Counted from the stretch's first letter, positions 23,767 to 36,196 are shown. The stretch: 64,000 bases of DNA from Crocinitomicaceae bacterium (GCA_047637555.1 JBLIKX010000001.1:8294-72293); one strand, 5' to 3'. The notes: a model not told the origin generated them from the sequence alone. Numbers and translations are program-made.

Positions 23767-26700
23767 ATGAATACACGAGAAAAAAAATATTTTTCAAAAT
23801 ATAAAGATCCATTGATTGAAATGCCAAACCTGGTTGAAAATCAAATTGAATCGTTTGAAAAATTTATGAACGGAGGCCTTCAAGAGTCAATTATGGAGTT
23901 CTCTCCAGTTATGGATTACTCAGAAAAGAAATTTGAATTAAATTTCTTGGAATTTTCAGTTGAAAATCCAGAATTTGACGAATACTATGCTCGAGAGAAT
24001 AAAAAAACCTATGAAGCCCGATTAAAGGCCAAGGTCTCTCTTTATAATAAAACACTGGATTCCACGAAAGAAGAAGAAATTTTCTTAACTGAAATTCCAT
24101 TCATGACACCTCATGGTACCTTTATTATTAATGGTATTGAGCGAGTTATTGTGCCTCAGTTAGCACGATCATATGGAGTATTCTTTACCATGGATGACCA
24201 TATTAAGGGTCCATTCTTTGGAGCTAAACTTATTCCTGCACGAGGGGCGTGGATTGAATTTGAATCTAACAAGGATGGAGCCATTTATGTTCGAATCGAT
24301 AAAAAACGTAAGTTTGCTGCAACAGCACTATTGCGTGTTTTTGGATTGGAAACAACCGAAGAAATACTTGAAGCTTTCAAACATGATGAAGTAGCGTACA
24401 AACAAGTTGAAGCAACCCTAGCAAAAGATACCTCATTAGATAAACAAGAAGCTTACGCTGATGTATATCGACGGATTAGAGACGGAGAAGTAGCATCACC
24501 CGATGCACTTGTTGAATATTTTGAAGCTATTTTTGGAGATACCTTATATGATATGTCAGAAGTAGGCCGATATCATTTCAATAAACGATTTGACAAAGAA
24601 CTTCCAAAGAAAGGAGTTTACGAGCAAACACTTCAAGTTGAAGATCTAGTTATTATAATGACAAAGATCGCTCATATGAACATTGACCCAACATCAAAGG
24701 CTGATGATATTGATCATCTTGGTTCAAGGCGTGTACGATTCGTAGGAGAATTGTTGGAGCAAAAGGTAAGACAAGCTCTTTCTCAAATGAAACGAAATAT
24801 TAGAGATAGAATGTCGACTGTTGATAATGATACGACAGGATCAATGACCTTGATTAACCAACGTCCATTCCAAGCTCGAATGAAAGAGTTTTTTGCGACA
24901 TCTCAATTGTCACAATATATGGATCAGGAAAACGCACTATCAGAAATTTCTCACTTGCGGACACTCTCTGCTCTTGGACCTGGAGGTCTTACGCGAGAGC
25001 GTGCTGGATTTGAGGTACGGGATGTTCACCCGTCTCATTATGGACGTGTATGTCCAATCCACACTCCAGAGGGACAAAATATTGGATTGATTCTGCGTAT
25101 GAGTGTTTATGCTCGAATTAATAATTTCGGAATGATCGAAGCTCCGTATGCGAAAGTTATTAAAGGAAAGGTTACAGGGGAAATTGAATATCTTAACGCA
25201 ATGGATGAGGAGAAATATAATATTGCCCATGCATCAAACCCATATGAAAAAAATGGTAAATTCACTAATGAAATTGTAGAGGCTCGTATTAAAACACGAC
25301 CAGGTATTTGTACGCGAGAAGATGTTGATTATATTGACGTTGCGACAAACGCAGCATTTTCAGTTGCAACATCATTGATTCCATTTTTGGAGGCTGATGA
25401 TGCAAATCGATCTCTTATGGGGTCAAACATGATGAAGCAAGCCGTACCATTGGTAGTTCCACAAGCTCCACTTGTTGGAACAGGTATGGAAGGAAAAGCG
25501 GCACTGGATACTGGTCGCGTGGTTATTTCACGTTCAAACGGAACAGTCGTTGAGTCAGATGGTAAGCATATTGTCGTTAAGGATTCAAAAGGAAATCTTG
25601 AAACATATAATTTAATTAACTTTATTCGAACGAATTCAAACTCATTCTTCCATCAACGGTCAATAGTTTCATCAGGTCAAAAAGTTAAAAAAGATGAAGT
25701 ACTCGCTGATACTTCCACAACAGAAGGAGGACAATTAGCTATTGGTCAAAATGTCCTTGTGGCATTTATGTGTTGGAATGGGCAAAACTTTGAGGATGCA
25801 ATCATTCTTTCAGAAAAACTTGTTAAGAACTCAATTTTTACTTCAATTCGAATTGATGAATACGAATGTGTTGTTCGTGATACAAAACTAGGAGAAGAAC
25901 AAACTACAACCGACATTCCAAACGTAGGAGAAGGAAAGCTTGGAAATCTTGATGAAGATGGAATTATCCGTGTTGGAGCATACGTAGGAGAAAACGATAT
26001 CCTCGTTGGTAAGGTTACACCAAAGGGTGAAACTGAACTTACACCAGAAGAAAAACTTTTACGATCAATTTTTGGAGAAAAATCACGAGATGTAAAAGAC
26101 ACATCCCTTCGCCTAGGATACGGAAAAAAAGGACGAATTATTGGGGTAAAAATATTCTCACGAGATGCAGGGCATAAACTTGAATCAGGAGTATTAAAGA
26201 AGGTTTATATTGAAATTGCACAACTACGAAATATCAAGGTTGGAGATAAACTTGCTGGACGTCACGGAAACAAAGGGGTTATTTCTATTGTTCTTCCAGA
26301 GGAAGATATGCCATACATGGCTGACGGAACACCTATTGATGTTATTTTGACGCCACTTGGAATTCCTTCACGTATGAACTTGGGACAAATTCTTGAAATG
26401 CATCTAGGGCTGGCAGCGGATGCTCTAGGTTACCAAGCAATTGTTCCTTCGTTTGCCGGAGCAACTGCTGATGAAATTGCAGAGGAACTTGAAAAGGCTG
26501 GATTCTCTGGTACAGGTAAGGTAACGCTCTTTGATGGTCGAACAGGAGAAAAGTTTGATCAAGATATTGCGGTTGGGTATATGTATATCTTGAAACTGCA
26601 CCACATGATCGATGACAAAATGCACGCGCGTTCAATCGGACCATACTCACTAATCACCCAACAACCTCTTGGTGGTAAGGCTCAATCTGGTGGACAACGA

Positions 26701-27006
26701 TTTGGAGAAATGGAGGTTTGGGCTCTTGAAGGATACGGAGCAGCGCATACCTTGCGTGAAATGTTAACCATTAAATCAGATGATGTCGTTGGTCGATCAG
26801 CTGCCTTTGATTCTATTATTAAAGGTCAAAAGATTACTCAACAGAATACACCTGCTTCATTTGAAGTGTTGGTAAATTATCTGAGAGGATTATGTCTTGA
26901 TGTTAATCTTGATATTATTCGAGAAAACAACCTTATTAGTATTGATGAAGATGCTGTTGTGGAAGTAGAAGCAACAGAGGTAATCTCAGAATCAGATAAC
27001 GCATAA
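23767..27006 (+). CDS. rpoB: DNA-directed RNA polymerase subunit beta
   Basis: 1079 aa; conserved blocks throughout (e.g. GRHGNKGV, NLGQILE, GGQRFGEMEVWALE). Confidence 0.97.
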   Translation: MNTREKKYFSKYKDPLIEMPNLVENQIESFEKFMNGGLQESIMEFSPVMDYSEKKFELNFLEFSVENPEFDEYYARENKKTYEARLKAKVSLYNKTLDSTKEEEIFLTEIPFMTPHGTFIINGIERVIVPQLARSYGVFFTMDDHIKGPFFGAKLIPARGAWIEFESNKDGAIYVRIDKKRKFAATALLRVFGLETTEEILEAFKHDEVAYKQVEATLAKDTSLDKQEAYADVYRRIRDGEVASPDALVEYFEAIFGDTLYDMSEVGRYHFNKRFDKELPKKGVYEQTLQVEDLVIIMTKIAHMNIDPTSKADDIDHLGSRRVRFVGELLEQKVRQALSQMKRNIRDRMSTVDNDTTGSMTLINQRPFQARMKEFFATSQLSQYMDQENALSEISHLRTLSALGPGGLTRERAGFEVRDVHPSHYGRVCPIHTPEGQNIGLILRMSVYARINNFGMIEAPYAKVIKGKVTGEIEYLNAMDEEKYNIAHASNPYEKNGKFTNEIVEARIKTRPGICTREDVDYIDVATNAAFSVATSLIPFLEADDANRSLMGSNMMKQAVPLVVPQAPLVGTGMEGKAALDTGRVVISRSNGTVVESDGKHIVVKDSKGNLETYNLINFIRTNSNSFFHQRSIVSSGQKVKKDEVLADTSTTEGGQLAIGQNVLVAFMCWNGQNFEDAIILSEKLVKNSIFTSIRIDEYECVVRDTKLGEEQTTTDIPNVGEGKLGNLDEDGIIRVGAYVGENDILVGKVTPKGETELTPEEKLLRSIFGEKSRDVKDTSLRLGYGKKGRIIGVKIFSRDAGHKLESGVLKKVYIEIAQLRNIKVGDKLAGRHGNKGVISIVLPEEDMPYMADGTPIDVILTPLGIPSRMNLGQILEMHLGLAADALGYQAIVPSFAGATADEIAEELEKAGFSGTGKVTLFDGRTGEKFDQDIAVGYMYILKLHHMIDDKMHARSIGPYSLITQQPLGGKAQSGGQRFGEMEVWALEGYGAAHTLREMLTIKSDDVVGRSAAFDSIIKGQKITQQNTPASFEVLVNYLRGLCLDVNLDIIRENNLISIDEDAVVEVEATEVISESDNA

Positions 27007-27011
27007 TTATT

Positions 27012-30000
27012 ATGAATACAACAGATACTATGAAAAAGATTCAACAAGAAAAACAGGTTTCAATCCGCTTGGCTTCACCGGAAAAAATTCGGTCATGGTC
27101 TCATGGTGAGGTAGCCAAGCCAGAAACAATTAACTATAGAACAGGTCGTTCTGAAAGGAATGGACTCTTTGATGAGAGAATTTTTGGTCCAGAAAAAGAT
27201 TACGAATGTTACTGTGGAAAATACAAAGGTATTCGTTATCGTGATATTGTATGTGAAAAATGTGGAGTTGAGGTAACACGAGCTATTGTCCGTCGTTCGC
27301 GAATGGGACACATTGGTTTGGCTTCACCCGTTGCCCATATTTGGTTCTTACGAGGGATACCATCACGAATGGGATTGGTACTTAACATACCTGTTTCAAA
27401 ACTAGAAAAAGTTATTTATTTTGCAAGTTACATCATTACTGATGTACACCAGGATGTAAAAGAAAATGTATTGAAGGAGTTGCAGCGAGAATACAAGGCA
27501 AAGCAAAAAACTCTTGAATCAGATGAAGACAAAGAGAAGTTGAAAGGTCTTTTTGATAAAACAAAAAAACAGATTCAAGATATTGTTCTTTATAGTGTTA
27601 TTTCTGAAGATGAATATAACATCTATTCACTAAAATTTGGTTCAATTTTTGAAGCAGGTATTGGTGCAGAAGCAATTTTTTACATCTTCAAGACACTTGA
27701 TCTAGATGTGATTGAGGTAGAGCTTGGAGCTGCAGTAAACGCTACAAAGTCAGTTGCTGTTCGAACAAAAATCGAAAAGCGACTTTCACTTTTACGGTCA
27801 CTTAATCGAGAAAATATCCGTCCAGAATGGATGTTCCTTGAAGTGATCCCAGTTATTCCTCCGGCTTTGCGACCTATGGTTGCTCTTGAAGGAGGACGAT
27901 ATGCAACATCTGATGTTAATGATCTATATCGACGTGTAATCAACCGAAATAATCGTTTGAAGAAACTCATGAAAATTGGAGCACCAGATGTAATTTTAAG
28001 AAACGAAAAACGTATTCTTCAAGAAGCATGTGATTCGCTTATTGATAATACTATTCGTAAGCATTCAGGAACGGTTGCCAAATCTTCATCACAAAAACGA
28101 AATCTTAAATCTCTTTCAGACCAGCTAAAGGGTAAGCAAGGTTTGTTCCGACAAAATCTTCTTGGTAAACGTGTAGATTATTCTGGGCGTTCTGTTATTG
28201 TTGTTGGTCCAAAACTAGGAATCGACCAATGTGGTATTCCTAAAAACATGGCACTTGAACTTTTCCGACCATTTGTTATTTCAAAGATTATTGATCGTGA
28301 AATGGCGTTTAATGTACGTGGAGCAGGAAAATTACTTGAATCACCAACAGACGAAATTTGGGATATTCTTGAAAATATTATTGATGGTAAATATGTTCTT
28401 TTAAACCGTGCCCCAACATTACACCGACTTTCAATCCGAGCATTCAAGCCAATTCTTATTGAAGGAAAAGCTATTCAGCTGCACCCACTTTCGGTTAACG
28501 GATTTAATGCGGACTTTGATGGAGATCAAATGGCCGTACATGTACCGCTTTCAGAAGAAGCACAATACGAAGCTAAAGAGCTTATGGCTGCAAGCAAAAA
28601 TTTATTGCGACCAGCATCAGGTGAACCAACGGTTGCTCCATCACAGGATATGGTTTTAGGAGTGTACTGGATGACCAAAGCCATTGAAGGAGCTTTAGGA
28701 GAAGGAAAGATTTTTTCATCACCAAACGAAGCTATTACTTGTTATGATTTTGACAAGGTAGATTTCCGAGCAAAAATTTACGTACTTCCAACAGATTCAT
28801 CACGATATGATGAATTCGAAGGAAAGCCATTTGAAACAACCGTAGGGCGACTATTATTTAATAGTATTATGCCTAGTGACTTTGGTTATTTGAATCAAGA
28901 CATTAAGAAGAAAGATATTTCAAAAATTATTGCACGATTAATTGAAAAATATGGTATTGCTGCAACAGCTCCTGTTGTTGATAAAATTAAAGACTTTGGA
29001 TTCAAATATGTAACCTTCTCTGGTTCAACATTTGGTTATTCAGATGCAATTATTCCAAAGGAAAAGCACGCTATTATTGACACTGGGCGAAAGGCGGCTT
29101 TAGAGATTCAAGGTCAATATGATGAAGGTCTTATCTCTGAACCAGAACGATATCGAAAAACTATCGAATTATGGGAAGGGGTTAAGGTTGAAGTTGAAAA
29201 GGTTATTGGAGAAAATCTTCATAAATCTGAATCAATTTACGACATGGTTACTTCTGGAGCTCGTGGTTCAACATCAAACATGTTGCAAATGGGTGGTATG
29301 AAGGGTGTTATTGTTAACGCATCAGGACGTGCGATTGATTTCCCAATTTTAAGTTCATATAAAGAAGGGCTTACACCTATTGAGTACTTTATTACAACTC
29401 ATGGATCGCGTAAGGGTCTTACTGATACGGCTCTAAAAACAGCTTCTGCTGGATACCTAACACGTCGACTTCATGATGTTGCTCAAGATGTTGTAGTAAC
29501 AGAAGAAGACTGTAAAACAAAGAAGCATATTATTGCGACTGATATTAATTATGATGGAATTATTAAACCGCTCTTGGAAAATATTCTTGGACGTGTTACA
29601 TCTTCAAAAATTGTCGATGCAAAAGGAGAGACAGTTCTCAAGAAGAACCATCTTATTACTCGTAATGATGCAGAGACAGTTGTTGCCGCTGGTATTACTG
29701 AGGTTGCAGTACGAACACCAATCAAATGTGATTCACTTCATGGTGTCTGCCAAAAATGTTACGGGCTTGATCTTGGGCGAAATGCTTTGGTTAAGGTTGG
29801 AGAAGCAGTAGGAACTATTGCTTCTCAATCAATTGGTGAGCCAGGAACACAACTAACACTTCGAACTTTCCACGCGGGAGGGGTTACAGGGTTAGATATT
29901 ACGACGGGTCTACCTCGTATTGAAGAGTTGTTTGAGAAACGTTCAAACATTAAATCACCAGCACTTATCTCTAAAACAGGAGGTCTTGTTGTTGATGTAA

Positions 30001-30707
30001 GAGAAAAGGAAGGTGTTAAGATTATTGAAGTATTATCTGATACTGAAATTACCGTTGGGGCAAATAAAACAAGAACGATTGAATATGCTCTTGATAAAAG
30101 ACGTACTCCTGTTGTAAAGAAAAATGACCGTGTAGAGGTTGGAGATCTGGTTACAGATGGTTCTGCAAGTATCGATGATTTATTTGATATTGCAGGTACT
30201 TCTCGTGCACAAGAGTATGTAATTTCTGAGGTAGCAAAAGTTTATGAATTAAACTCTGCACCAGTTTCAAAAAAACACATTGAAATTATTGCACGATTGA
30301 TGTTCTCTCGACGTAAAATTACTTCACCAGGAGATACAAAATTCTCAACAGGAGATGTTGTTGAATACATTGAACTTACTCAAGAGAATAACCTTGTAGA
30401 AGCTGAAGGAAAACTAGGAGCAAAAGCGGTAACCGTTGTAAAAGGTATCTCAGAGGTAGCTCTTTCAACTAAATCATGGTTATCATCTGCATCATTCCAA
30501 CATACCACTCGTATTTTGGTATCAGCAGCAGCAGGTGGAGAAATTGATGAATTGAGAGGTCTAAAAGAAAACGTTATTGTTGGAAATCTTATCCCAGCAG
30601 GAACTGGATTCAGAAATGATTTTATCTCGTTTGATAAAATGCCAGGACGAGTTCGAGCAGGAGAAATTAAATCTCTTGAGGCTGAACTTGGAGATAATAT
30701 TTCATAA
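27012..30707 (+). CDS. rpoC: DNA-directed RNA polymerase subunit beta'
   Basis: 1231 aa; zinc motif CYCGKYKG...CEKCG and catalytic [12 protein letters not shown]. Confidence 0.97.
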   Translation: MNTTDTMKKIQQEKQVSIRLASPEKIRSWSHGEVAKPETINYRTGRSERNGLFDERIFGPEKDYECYCGKYKGIRYRDIVCEKCGVEVTRAIVRRSRMGHIGLASPVAHIWFLRGIPSRMGLVLNIPVSKLEKVIYFASYIITDVHQDVKENVLKELQREYKAKQKTLESDEDKEKLKGLFDKTKKQIQDIVLYSVISEDEYNIYSLKFGSIFEAGIGAEAIFYIFKTLDLDVIEVELGAAVNATKSVAVRTKIEKRLSLLRSLNRENIRPEWMFLEVIPVIPPALRPMVALEGGRYATSDVNDLYRRVINRNNRLKKLMKIGAPDVILRNEKRILQEACDSLIDNTIRKHSGTVAKSSSQKRNLKSLSDQLKGKQGLFRQNLLGKRVDYSGRSVIVVGPKLGIDQCGIPKNMALELFRPFVISKIIDREMAFNVRGAGKLLESPTDEIWDILENIIDGKYVLLNRAPTLHRLSIRAFKPILIEGKAIQLHPLSVNGFNADFDGDQMAVHVPLSEEAQYEAKELMAASKNLLRPASGEPTVAPSQDMVLGVYWMTKAIEGALGEGKIFSSPNEAITCYDFDKVDFRAKIYVLPTDSSRYDEFEGKPFETTVGRLLFNSIMPSDFGYLNQDIKKKDISKIIARLIEKYGIAATAPVVDKIKDFGFKYVTFSGSTFGYSDAIIPKEKHAIIDTGRKAALEIQGQYDEGLISEPERYRKTIELWEGVKVEVEKVIGENLHKSESIYDMVTSGARGSTSNMLQMGGMKGVIVNASGRAIDFPILSSYKEGLTPIEYFITTHGSRKGLTDTALKTASAGYLTRRLHDVAQDVVVTEEDCKTKKHIIATDINYDGIIKPLLENILGRVTSSKIVDAKGETVLKKNHLITRNDAETVVAAGITEVAVRTPIKCDSLHGVCQKCYGLDLGRNALVKVGEAVGTIASQSIGEPGTQLTLRTFHAGGVTGLDITTGLPRIEELFEKRSNIKSPALISKTGGLVVDVREKEGVKIIEVLSDTEITVGANKTRTIEYALDKRRTPVVKKNDRVEVGDLVTDGSASIDDLFDIAGTSRAQEYVISEVAKVYELNSAPVSKKHIEIIARLMFSRRKITSPGDTKFSTGDVVEYIELTQENNLVEAEGKLGAKAVTVVKGISEVALSTKSWLSSASFQHTTRILVSAAAGGEIDELRGLKENVIVGNLIPAGTGFRNDFISFDKMPGRVRAGEIKSLEAELGDNIS

Positions 30708-30720
30708 TTAAATCATTACC

Positions 30721-32463
30721 ATGAAAAACACCGACATCATTAAAGATAAATTGAATATCGTAGATGTGGTGGGATCATATGTAAAGCTTGAAAAGGCAGG
30801 AAAGACATACAAAGGAAAATCACCCTTTACTAATGAAAAAACCCCATCATTCTTTGTTTCACCAGAGAAGGGTTTTTTCTATTGTTTTTCAAGTGGTAAG
30901 GGTGGTGATATTTTTACTTTTGTCCAAGAAATTGAGCGCATCGAATTCCATGATGCACTTAAGTTACTTGCCGAAAAAGCAGGTATAAAGTTAGAATCAA
31001 ACGCTATTTCATTAGAAAAACATAATGAAACAACTATCCGATTCAAGGTTTTGGATGATATTACAAAATGGTATGAAATTAACTTGAGGAAAAACACTGA
31101 AGTAGTCGAGCATCTTTTAAAAAGAGGTCTTACCAAGGAAACAATCATTAAGTTTCGGCTTGGTTTTTCATTAGATGCATGGCGTGAATGTTATGAATAT
31201 CTTCATTCCCGAAAATATCGAGACCAAGACATCGAATCTGTCGGATTGATTATTAAAAAAGAAGGAAGTGGGTATTATGATCGATTTAGATCACGAATTA
31301 TGTTTCCTCTTATGGATGGGCGTGGACGAGTTGTTGGTTTTTCCGGACGTATATTTACTGATGATCCAGATACTCAGGGTGCCAAATACATCAATAGCCC
31401 AGAAGGTCCCTTGTTTGATAAATCAGAGGTTCTCTACGGCTATCACACAGCTAAGACATCAATGAGTAAGGAAGATGCATGTATTCTCGTAGAAGGACAG
31501 TTTGATGTAGTTATGGCTCAGCAGGCTGGATATATTCACACGGTAGCCATATCAGGAACAGGACTAACTGATCATCATATAAATATGATCAAACGTTTTA
31601 CTGATAACATCTTCCTGGCGCTTGATAGTGATAAGGCCGGAGTCAAAGCTACACGTCGAAGTGTTCTTGCCGCTTATCGGCACGGCATGCAGGTAAAAAT
31701 TATTATGATGCTTGATGGCATGGATCCAGCTGATACTATTGTTCATAGTAAAGAACAGTGGGATCTCTGTGTTCATGACTCAAAAGATTATATAGATTAT
31801 CGACTGGAATTATTCAATCGAGTAGATCACACCTTCGAAGAAAAAAAGAAACTTGTAGATACTGACCTTTTTACCTTTGTATATCTGATGAAAAGCTCAA
31901 TGGTCCAAGATAGGGTGTTGCAAAAATTAGCATTATTTTTAGGAGTAAGCATAGAGGCTGTACGAAATGATTTCACAAGTTTTAAACCTGATCAAGATGA
32001 TATTATTAAATCTGATAATCATTTTGTTTATACAAAGAATGTATCTCCGATATCTGAACGAGATATCAAAAGGGAAGTAGCGCTTATCACTCATTTTACA
32101 AAAGACCAAGACTACGAAATTGAACTTGAGATTCAGGCTCAAATTGAAGCTTTGTATAGCGAACTCTACGATGAAGAATTAAAGACTACCATCGCAGAGT
32201 TACCCGAAACTGAAAAAAACATGCAGTTGTTTATCTTACAAGATAAATACAAAGATACATCAGAAAAATCATTTGGATCTATGTTATTAACTATGTTGGC
32301 AGAAGAGAAAATACGTAGACTGGATAATCGCTCGGCACAGTTGCTTGAAGAAACTCGCCAGACAGAATCAAAAGCAGACGGAGAAAAACTGGCTGAATTA
32401 ACGGTTGAGCTTCAAAAAATACTTTTATTAAAAAAAGATTTAAAAAATCTTATTCAAAAATAA
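30721..32463 (+). CDS. dnaG: DNA primase
   Basis: 580 aa; EKTPSF box, TOPRIM (ILVEGQFDV...LDSDKAG); zinc-ribbon ligands largely substituted (see findings). Confidence 0.9.
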   Translation: MKNTDIIKDKLNIVDVVGSYVKLEKAGKTYKGKSPFTNEKTPSFFVSPEKGFFYCFSSGKGGDIFTFVQEIERIEFHDALKLLAEKAGIKLESNAISLEKHNETTIRFKVLDDITKWYEINLRKNTEVVEHLLKRGLTKETIIKFRLGFSLDAWRECYEYLHSRKYRDQDIESVGLIIKKEGSGYYDRFRSRIMFPLMDGRGRVVGFSGRIFTDDPDTQGAKYINSPEGPLFDKSEVLYGYHTAKTSMSKEDACILVEGQFDVVMAQQAGYIHTVAISGTGLTDHHINMIKRFTDNIFLALDSDKAGVKATRRSVLAAYRHGMQVKIIMMLDGMDPADTIVHSKEQWDLCVHDSKDYIDYRLELFNRVDHTFEEKKKLVDTDLFTFVYLMKSSMVQDRVLQKLALFLGVSIEAVRNDFTSFKPDQDDIIKSDNHFVYTKNVSPISERDIKREVALITHFTKDQDYEIELEIQAQIEALYSELYDEELKTTIAELPETEKNMQLFILQDKYKDTSEKSFGSMLLTMLAEEKIRRLDNRSAQLLEETRQTESKADGEKLAELTVELQKILLLKKDLKNLIQK

Positions 32464-32598
32464 TTAAACACAGAAATAGTCGCAAGTTGTATCTACTGTT
32501 GTTCATTTATTCCTATAATTTTGTTTTATTTTTCTTGATGTTTCGAAAGAAATTTATAGAGCAAGTTATTTATTTACTAATCAAATTTAAAAACCATC

Positions 32599-33768
32599 AT
32601 GGCACCAAAAAAAATTACAAAAAAAATTACAAAAAAAAAGGTGGATCCTGTGCAAACTCATATTCAAGAGCAACGAGAAATTGAAGCTCGAGATAAAAAA
32701 GCAAAGGCCTTGGTTGAAAAAGGTAAAAAACGTCGTTTTTTAACTTATGCAGAAATCTTAAAGCAATTTCCAGATATTGAAGAGGATGTTATGTTTCTTG
32801 ATGAATTGTATGGGATGCTTGGTGATGCCGAGGTTGAAATTGTTGAAGGTGGAACCAGTTCTGGTGGTGGAGGAATGTTGGACATGACTGACGAGGAATT
32901 ACTGGAAAAAGATTTTGCGACTAAAAAACAACCAGAAACCAAAGATTCTATTCAAATGTATCTTCGTGAAATTGGTAAATATCCACTTATTAAGGCTGCA
33001 GAAGAAGTGTCTCTAGCAAAACGAATCGAATCTGGTGACGATGAAGCAAAAAACCTTCTTGCAAAGGCAAACCTACGTTTGGTAGTCTCGTTAGCTAAAA
33101 AATATGTTGGACGATCTCCAGATCTAACCCTGCTTGATTTAATTCAAGAAGGAAACATCGGATTATTTAAAGCTGTTGAAAAATTTGATTGGACTCGAGG
33201 ATACAAATTCTCAACATATGCAACATGGTGGATTCGTCAATCAATCACGCGGGCACTTGCTGATCAATCTCGAACGATTCGTATACCAGTTCATATGGTT
33301 GAAACAATTTCTAAATACAAACAGGTCTTCAAGCGAATGAGTCAGGGACTAGGTCGTGAGCCATTGCCCGAAGAAATTGCTTTAGAGATGGGTCTTGATG
33401 TTGAAAAGATTCATATGATTGGAAAGATTAACCAAACGACAATGTCACTCGAAGAACCTATTGGTTCAGATGGAGAAGAGAAATCTACGAGAGGTGAATT
33501 TATTGCAGACGAATCAATTCCCTCTCCTGATCGAGATTCTTCAAAAACTATTTTGAAAGATCAACTCCAAGAAATTTTAGATGAGTTAACTGAAAAAGAA
33601 CGAACGATTATTGAATTACGATATGGTCTTGTTGATGGTATCTCTCATACTCTGGAAGAGGTTGGTCGTAAGTTTGATGTTACGCGTGAACGTATACGTC
33701 AGATTGAGGCAAAAGTTCATGAAAAGATTAGGGTTAATGATAAGATTAAGAAGCTTCAAGATTACTAA
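32599..33768 (+). CDS. rpoD: RNA polymerase sigma factor, primary (sigma-70) type
   Basis: 389 aa; regions 1.2-4 ([63 protein letters not shown]). Confidence 0.9.
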   Translation: MAPKKITKKITKKKVDPVQTHIQEQREIEARDKKAKALVEKGKKRRFLTYAEILKQFPDIEEDVMFLDELYGMLGDAEVEIVEGGTSSGGGGMLDMTDEELLEKDFATKKQPETKDSIQMYLREIGKYPLIKAAEEVSLAKRIESGDDEAKNLLAKANLRLVVSLAKKYVGRSPDLTLLDLIQEGNIGLFKAVEKFDWTRGYKFSTYATWWIRQSITRALADQSRTIRIPVHMVETISKYKQVFKRMSQGLGREPLPEEIALEMGLDVEKIHMIGKINQTTMSLEEPIGSDGEEKSTRGEFIADESIPSPDRDSSKTILKDQLQEILDELTEKERTIIELRYGLVDGISHTLEEVGRKFDVTRERIRQIEAKVHEKIRVNDKIKKLQDY

Positions 33769-33772
33769 ATTT

Positions 33773-33801
33773 AAAAACGAGTAAATTCATCTCGTTTTTT
33801 T
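33773..33801 (+). terminator. intrinsic terminator after rpoD
   Basis: AACGAG-taaattcat-CTCGTT stem followed by T7. Confidence 0.65.
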
Positions 33802-34277
33802 ATTTTGTAAAATTAGTTTATTATATCAATCCTCCTTTTAGGAAACAGAAAACATACCCAATACTCTTTATTTTTTTCTAACTTTTTTGAGAGAGATATC
33901 CAGAATCTAATGATTTCTTTAAATTTATAATTTCCTTATATATACCCAGCTCTGTACTCTTAGCTATCTATAAATCTTGGGTGGAAAAAAAAATACAAAA
34001 AATTCAACATGATTTCATGTAGTTGTAGTTGTAGTTGTAGATTTTGATTTTGATCCTATTAATTCATATGCTTGGTTTATTATAAAATTAACTATGAACA
34101 CGATGTATAAACCTCCAGAGAGGGAAAATCAAATGTCATACATTCCCCTATATAAATAAAGGAAAGAAAAATAGTATATAAAGATTTTTCTTTACTATAA
34201 TAAAACAATAATGGCTCCTATATTTTTTATTATAAAATAATGACCTGAGTCTCGTCTTAATGTATAATAGTGCGTAT

Positions 34278-34709
34278 ATGTATTGGAGTGAACTAAAGAA
34301 AAAAACATGGATTGATTGGATTAAAATTATTGTAGCAGTTGATATTGCGGGTGTTGGTATAGGGCTTGTGCTTGGATTTGATATGCATGTGTTTGCTCAC
34401 TTTTTTGGATTTTTATCGCGAATTATATTTGGTATTTTATATGTGTTTGTAGCAGTCCTTATTTTTAAAAGAATCTTCCCGCAAGATCTTGCAAGAGAAG
34501 AACACGTTGAAGCGGAAAAAATGAATGAAGAAATTATTGAAACAACAAATGCTGTTAAAAAAAGTCTAAAAAAAATAGCAAAAAAAATAGCTAAATTCAC
34601 TGATCAAGCACATGCTAAAATTGATAGTGCTTTGGACAAGGTTGAAGATTTTTTTGGCAGACGCAAAAAAGAAGCAGGTGAAGAGATTAAAAAAATGATG
34701 AAGGACTAA
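34278..34709 (+). CDS. hypothetical membrane protein with Lys-rich tail
   Basis: Two hydrophobic helices then charged C-terminus; start set at ATG 34278 (TATAAT 9 nt upstream; track start 34260 lies inside the box). Confidence 0.4.
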   Translation: MYWSELKKKTWIDWIKIIVAVDIAGVGIGLVLGFDMHVFAHFFGFLSRIIFGILYVFVAVLIFKRIFPQDLAREEHVEAEKMNEEIIETTNAVKKSLKKIAKKIAKFTDQAHAKIDSALDKVEDFFGRRKKEAGEEIKKMMKD

Positions 34710-34762
34710 CGTCGTTTTTTTTATTTGAATAAAAAATTAGCTCAGGTAGGATAGTAATAGTT

Positions 34763-36007
34763 ATGGATATAATATACTACCTATTTCTCTTTGTGGCTTT
34801 GTATTTCCAAATTTTCTTTCTTATGAGTTACTTAGAAAATTTTGATTTTTTTAACCTCAAGAAAAAAAATAATTACCCTGCTCTACCTCAAGATGGTTTA
34901 CCCTTGGTGAGTATTGTCGTGGCGTGTTGGAACGAAGACACAACAATTGATTCAACCGTGAAATCAATATTTAATTCTGAATATCCACGAGATAGAATTC
35001 AATTACTATTAGTAAATGATGGTTCAGATGACGCTACCTGGGAGGTCATGCAACAGTATAAAAATGACCCAAAAATTACTCTTATAAATAAAAAAAACGG
35101 TGGAAAATTTACCGCTATTAATTTCGCGCTTGAGCACGTAAAAGGTGACTTAATTGCAACTGTTGATGCTGACACTTTTTTACAACCGACAGCATTGCCT
35201 TTTATGGTTGAACGATTTCTTGGTGATTCTAAATTAGATGCACTAGGAGCAACTATTGTTTTACACAAACCTCATAGTCTTACGCAAATTGCTCAAAGTA
35301 TTGAATATCAGTTATTTGCGTTTACAAAGCTTATTTTGGCTAAAATGCATGGAGCCTTGGTTGTTCCTGGAGCCTTTTCTATGTATCGACCTCGCGTTTT
35401 TAATGAAATTGGTTTATTTAAAGAGGCGCATAAACTAGAAGACCTCGAGTTAACATTTCGTATGCATGAATCCAGAATGAAGGTTGGACAGTCTCGTGAC
35501 GCTATTGCGTATACGAACGCACCAGAGACCGTAGGAGCACTTTTCAGACAACGCATCCGGTGGGGATATGGTTTTATAAAAAACTCTTATGATTACCGCC
35601 ATTTGATTTATAATAAAGACCAAGGTCATTTTGGATTCTTTACCTTACCTATGAGTATTTTTAGTTATCTTTCTATTATTATTTTTTTTATATTATCTTG
35701 GTTTGTTGTTGTTCGAGCTATTATTCAATCTGTGATTCAAGCAAGTCTTGTTGGCTGGTCTACCTTGTTTCAATGGAATGGCTTTGAATTGAACACTCTC
35801 AGTGCTCAAGCGAGTGTATTTATTACGTTAATCTTATACGTTGTTGTTATATTTATGATTTTTTCTGGAAAAAATCTGGTTAATGATCGGTCAAAAAATC
35901 CATTTCCTATTTTAATATTTTTTGTGCTTTATGGTATTATTGTTCCGTTTTGGGTTATCAAATCAATTTATAATAGTGTTTTTGACAAGAAAGTGATTTG
36001 GCGATAG
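34763..36007 (+). CDS. processive family-2 glycosyltransferase (PgaC/NodC/cellulose-synthase-like), integral membrane
   Basis: 414 aa; VNDGSDD, TVDADT and QRIRWGYG (QxxRW) motifs plus N- and C-terminal TM helices. Confidence 0.75.
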   Translation: MDIIYYLFLFVALYFQIFFLMSYLENFDFFNLKKKNNYPALPQDGLPLVSIVVACWNEDTTIDSTVKSIFNSEYPRDRIQLLLVNDGSDDATWEVMQQYKNDPKITLINKKNGGKFTAINFALEHVKGDLIATVDADTFLQPTALPFMVERFLGDSKLDALGATIVLHKPHSLTQIAQSIEYQLFAFTKLILAKMHGALVVPGAFSMYRPRVFNEIGLFKEAHKLEDLELTFRMHESRMKVGQSRDAIAYTNAPETVGALFRQRIRWGYGFIKNSYDYRHLIYNKDQGHFGFFTLPMSIFSYLSIIIFFILSWFVVVRAIIQSVIQASLVGWSTLFQWNGFELNTLSAQASVFITLILYVVVIFMIFSGKNLVNDRSKNPFPILIFFVLYGIIVPFWVIKSIYNSVFDKKVIWR

Positions 36008-36196
36008 TCTGTTGTTGTTTTAGTAATCTTTCTTATATATCCAGAGCGTTCAAAACTAAATTTACTAAAATAAACGGTCAATAGTTACTATTATTTTTTG
36101 TATATCTTTCATTCTAAAATAATACCTCAGAGTATTTTTCTATCGTAATCTCCTTCTTCTCTTCGTTTATTGAAGTATATGTGATAGATTTTGATT

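Noticed and set aside
34019-34054. Hexanucleotide microsatellites (gtagtt)x3.7 and (attttg)x2.3 considered as a phase-variation switch
   Set aside because: They lie about 220 nt upstream of the nearest start codon and outside any recognisable promoter spacer or coding region. The copy number is low. Noted only as simple repeats.
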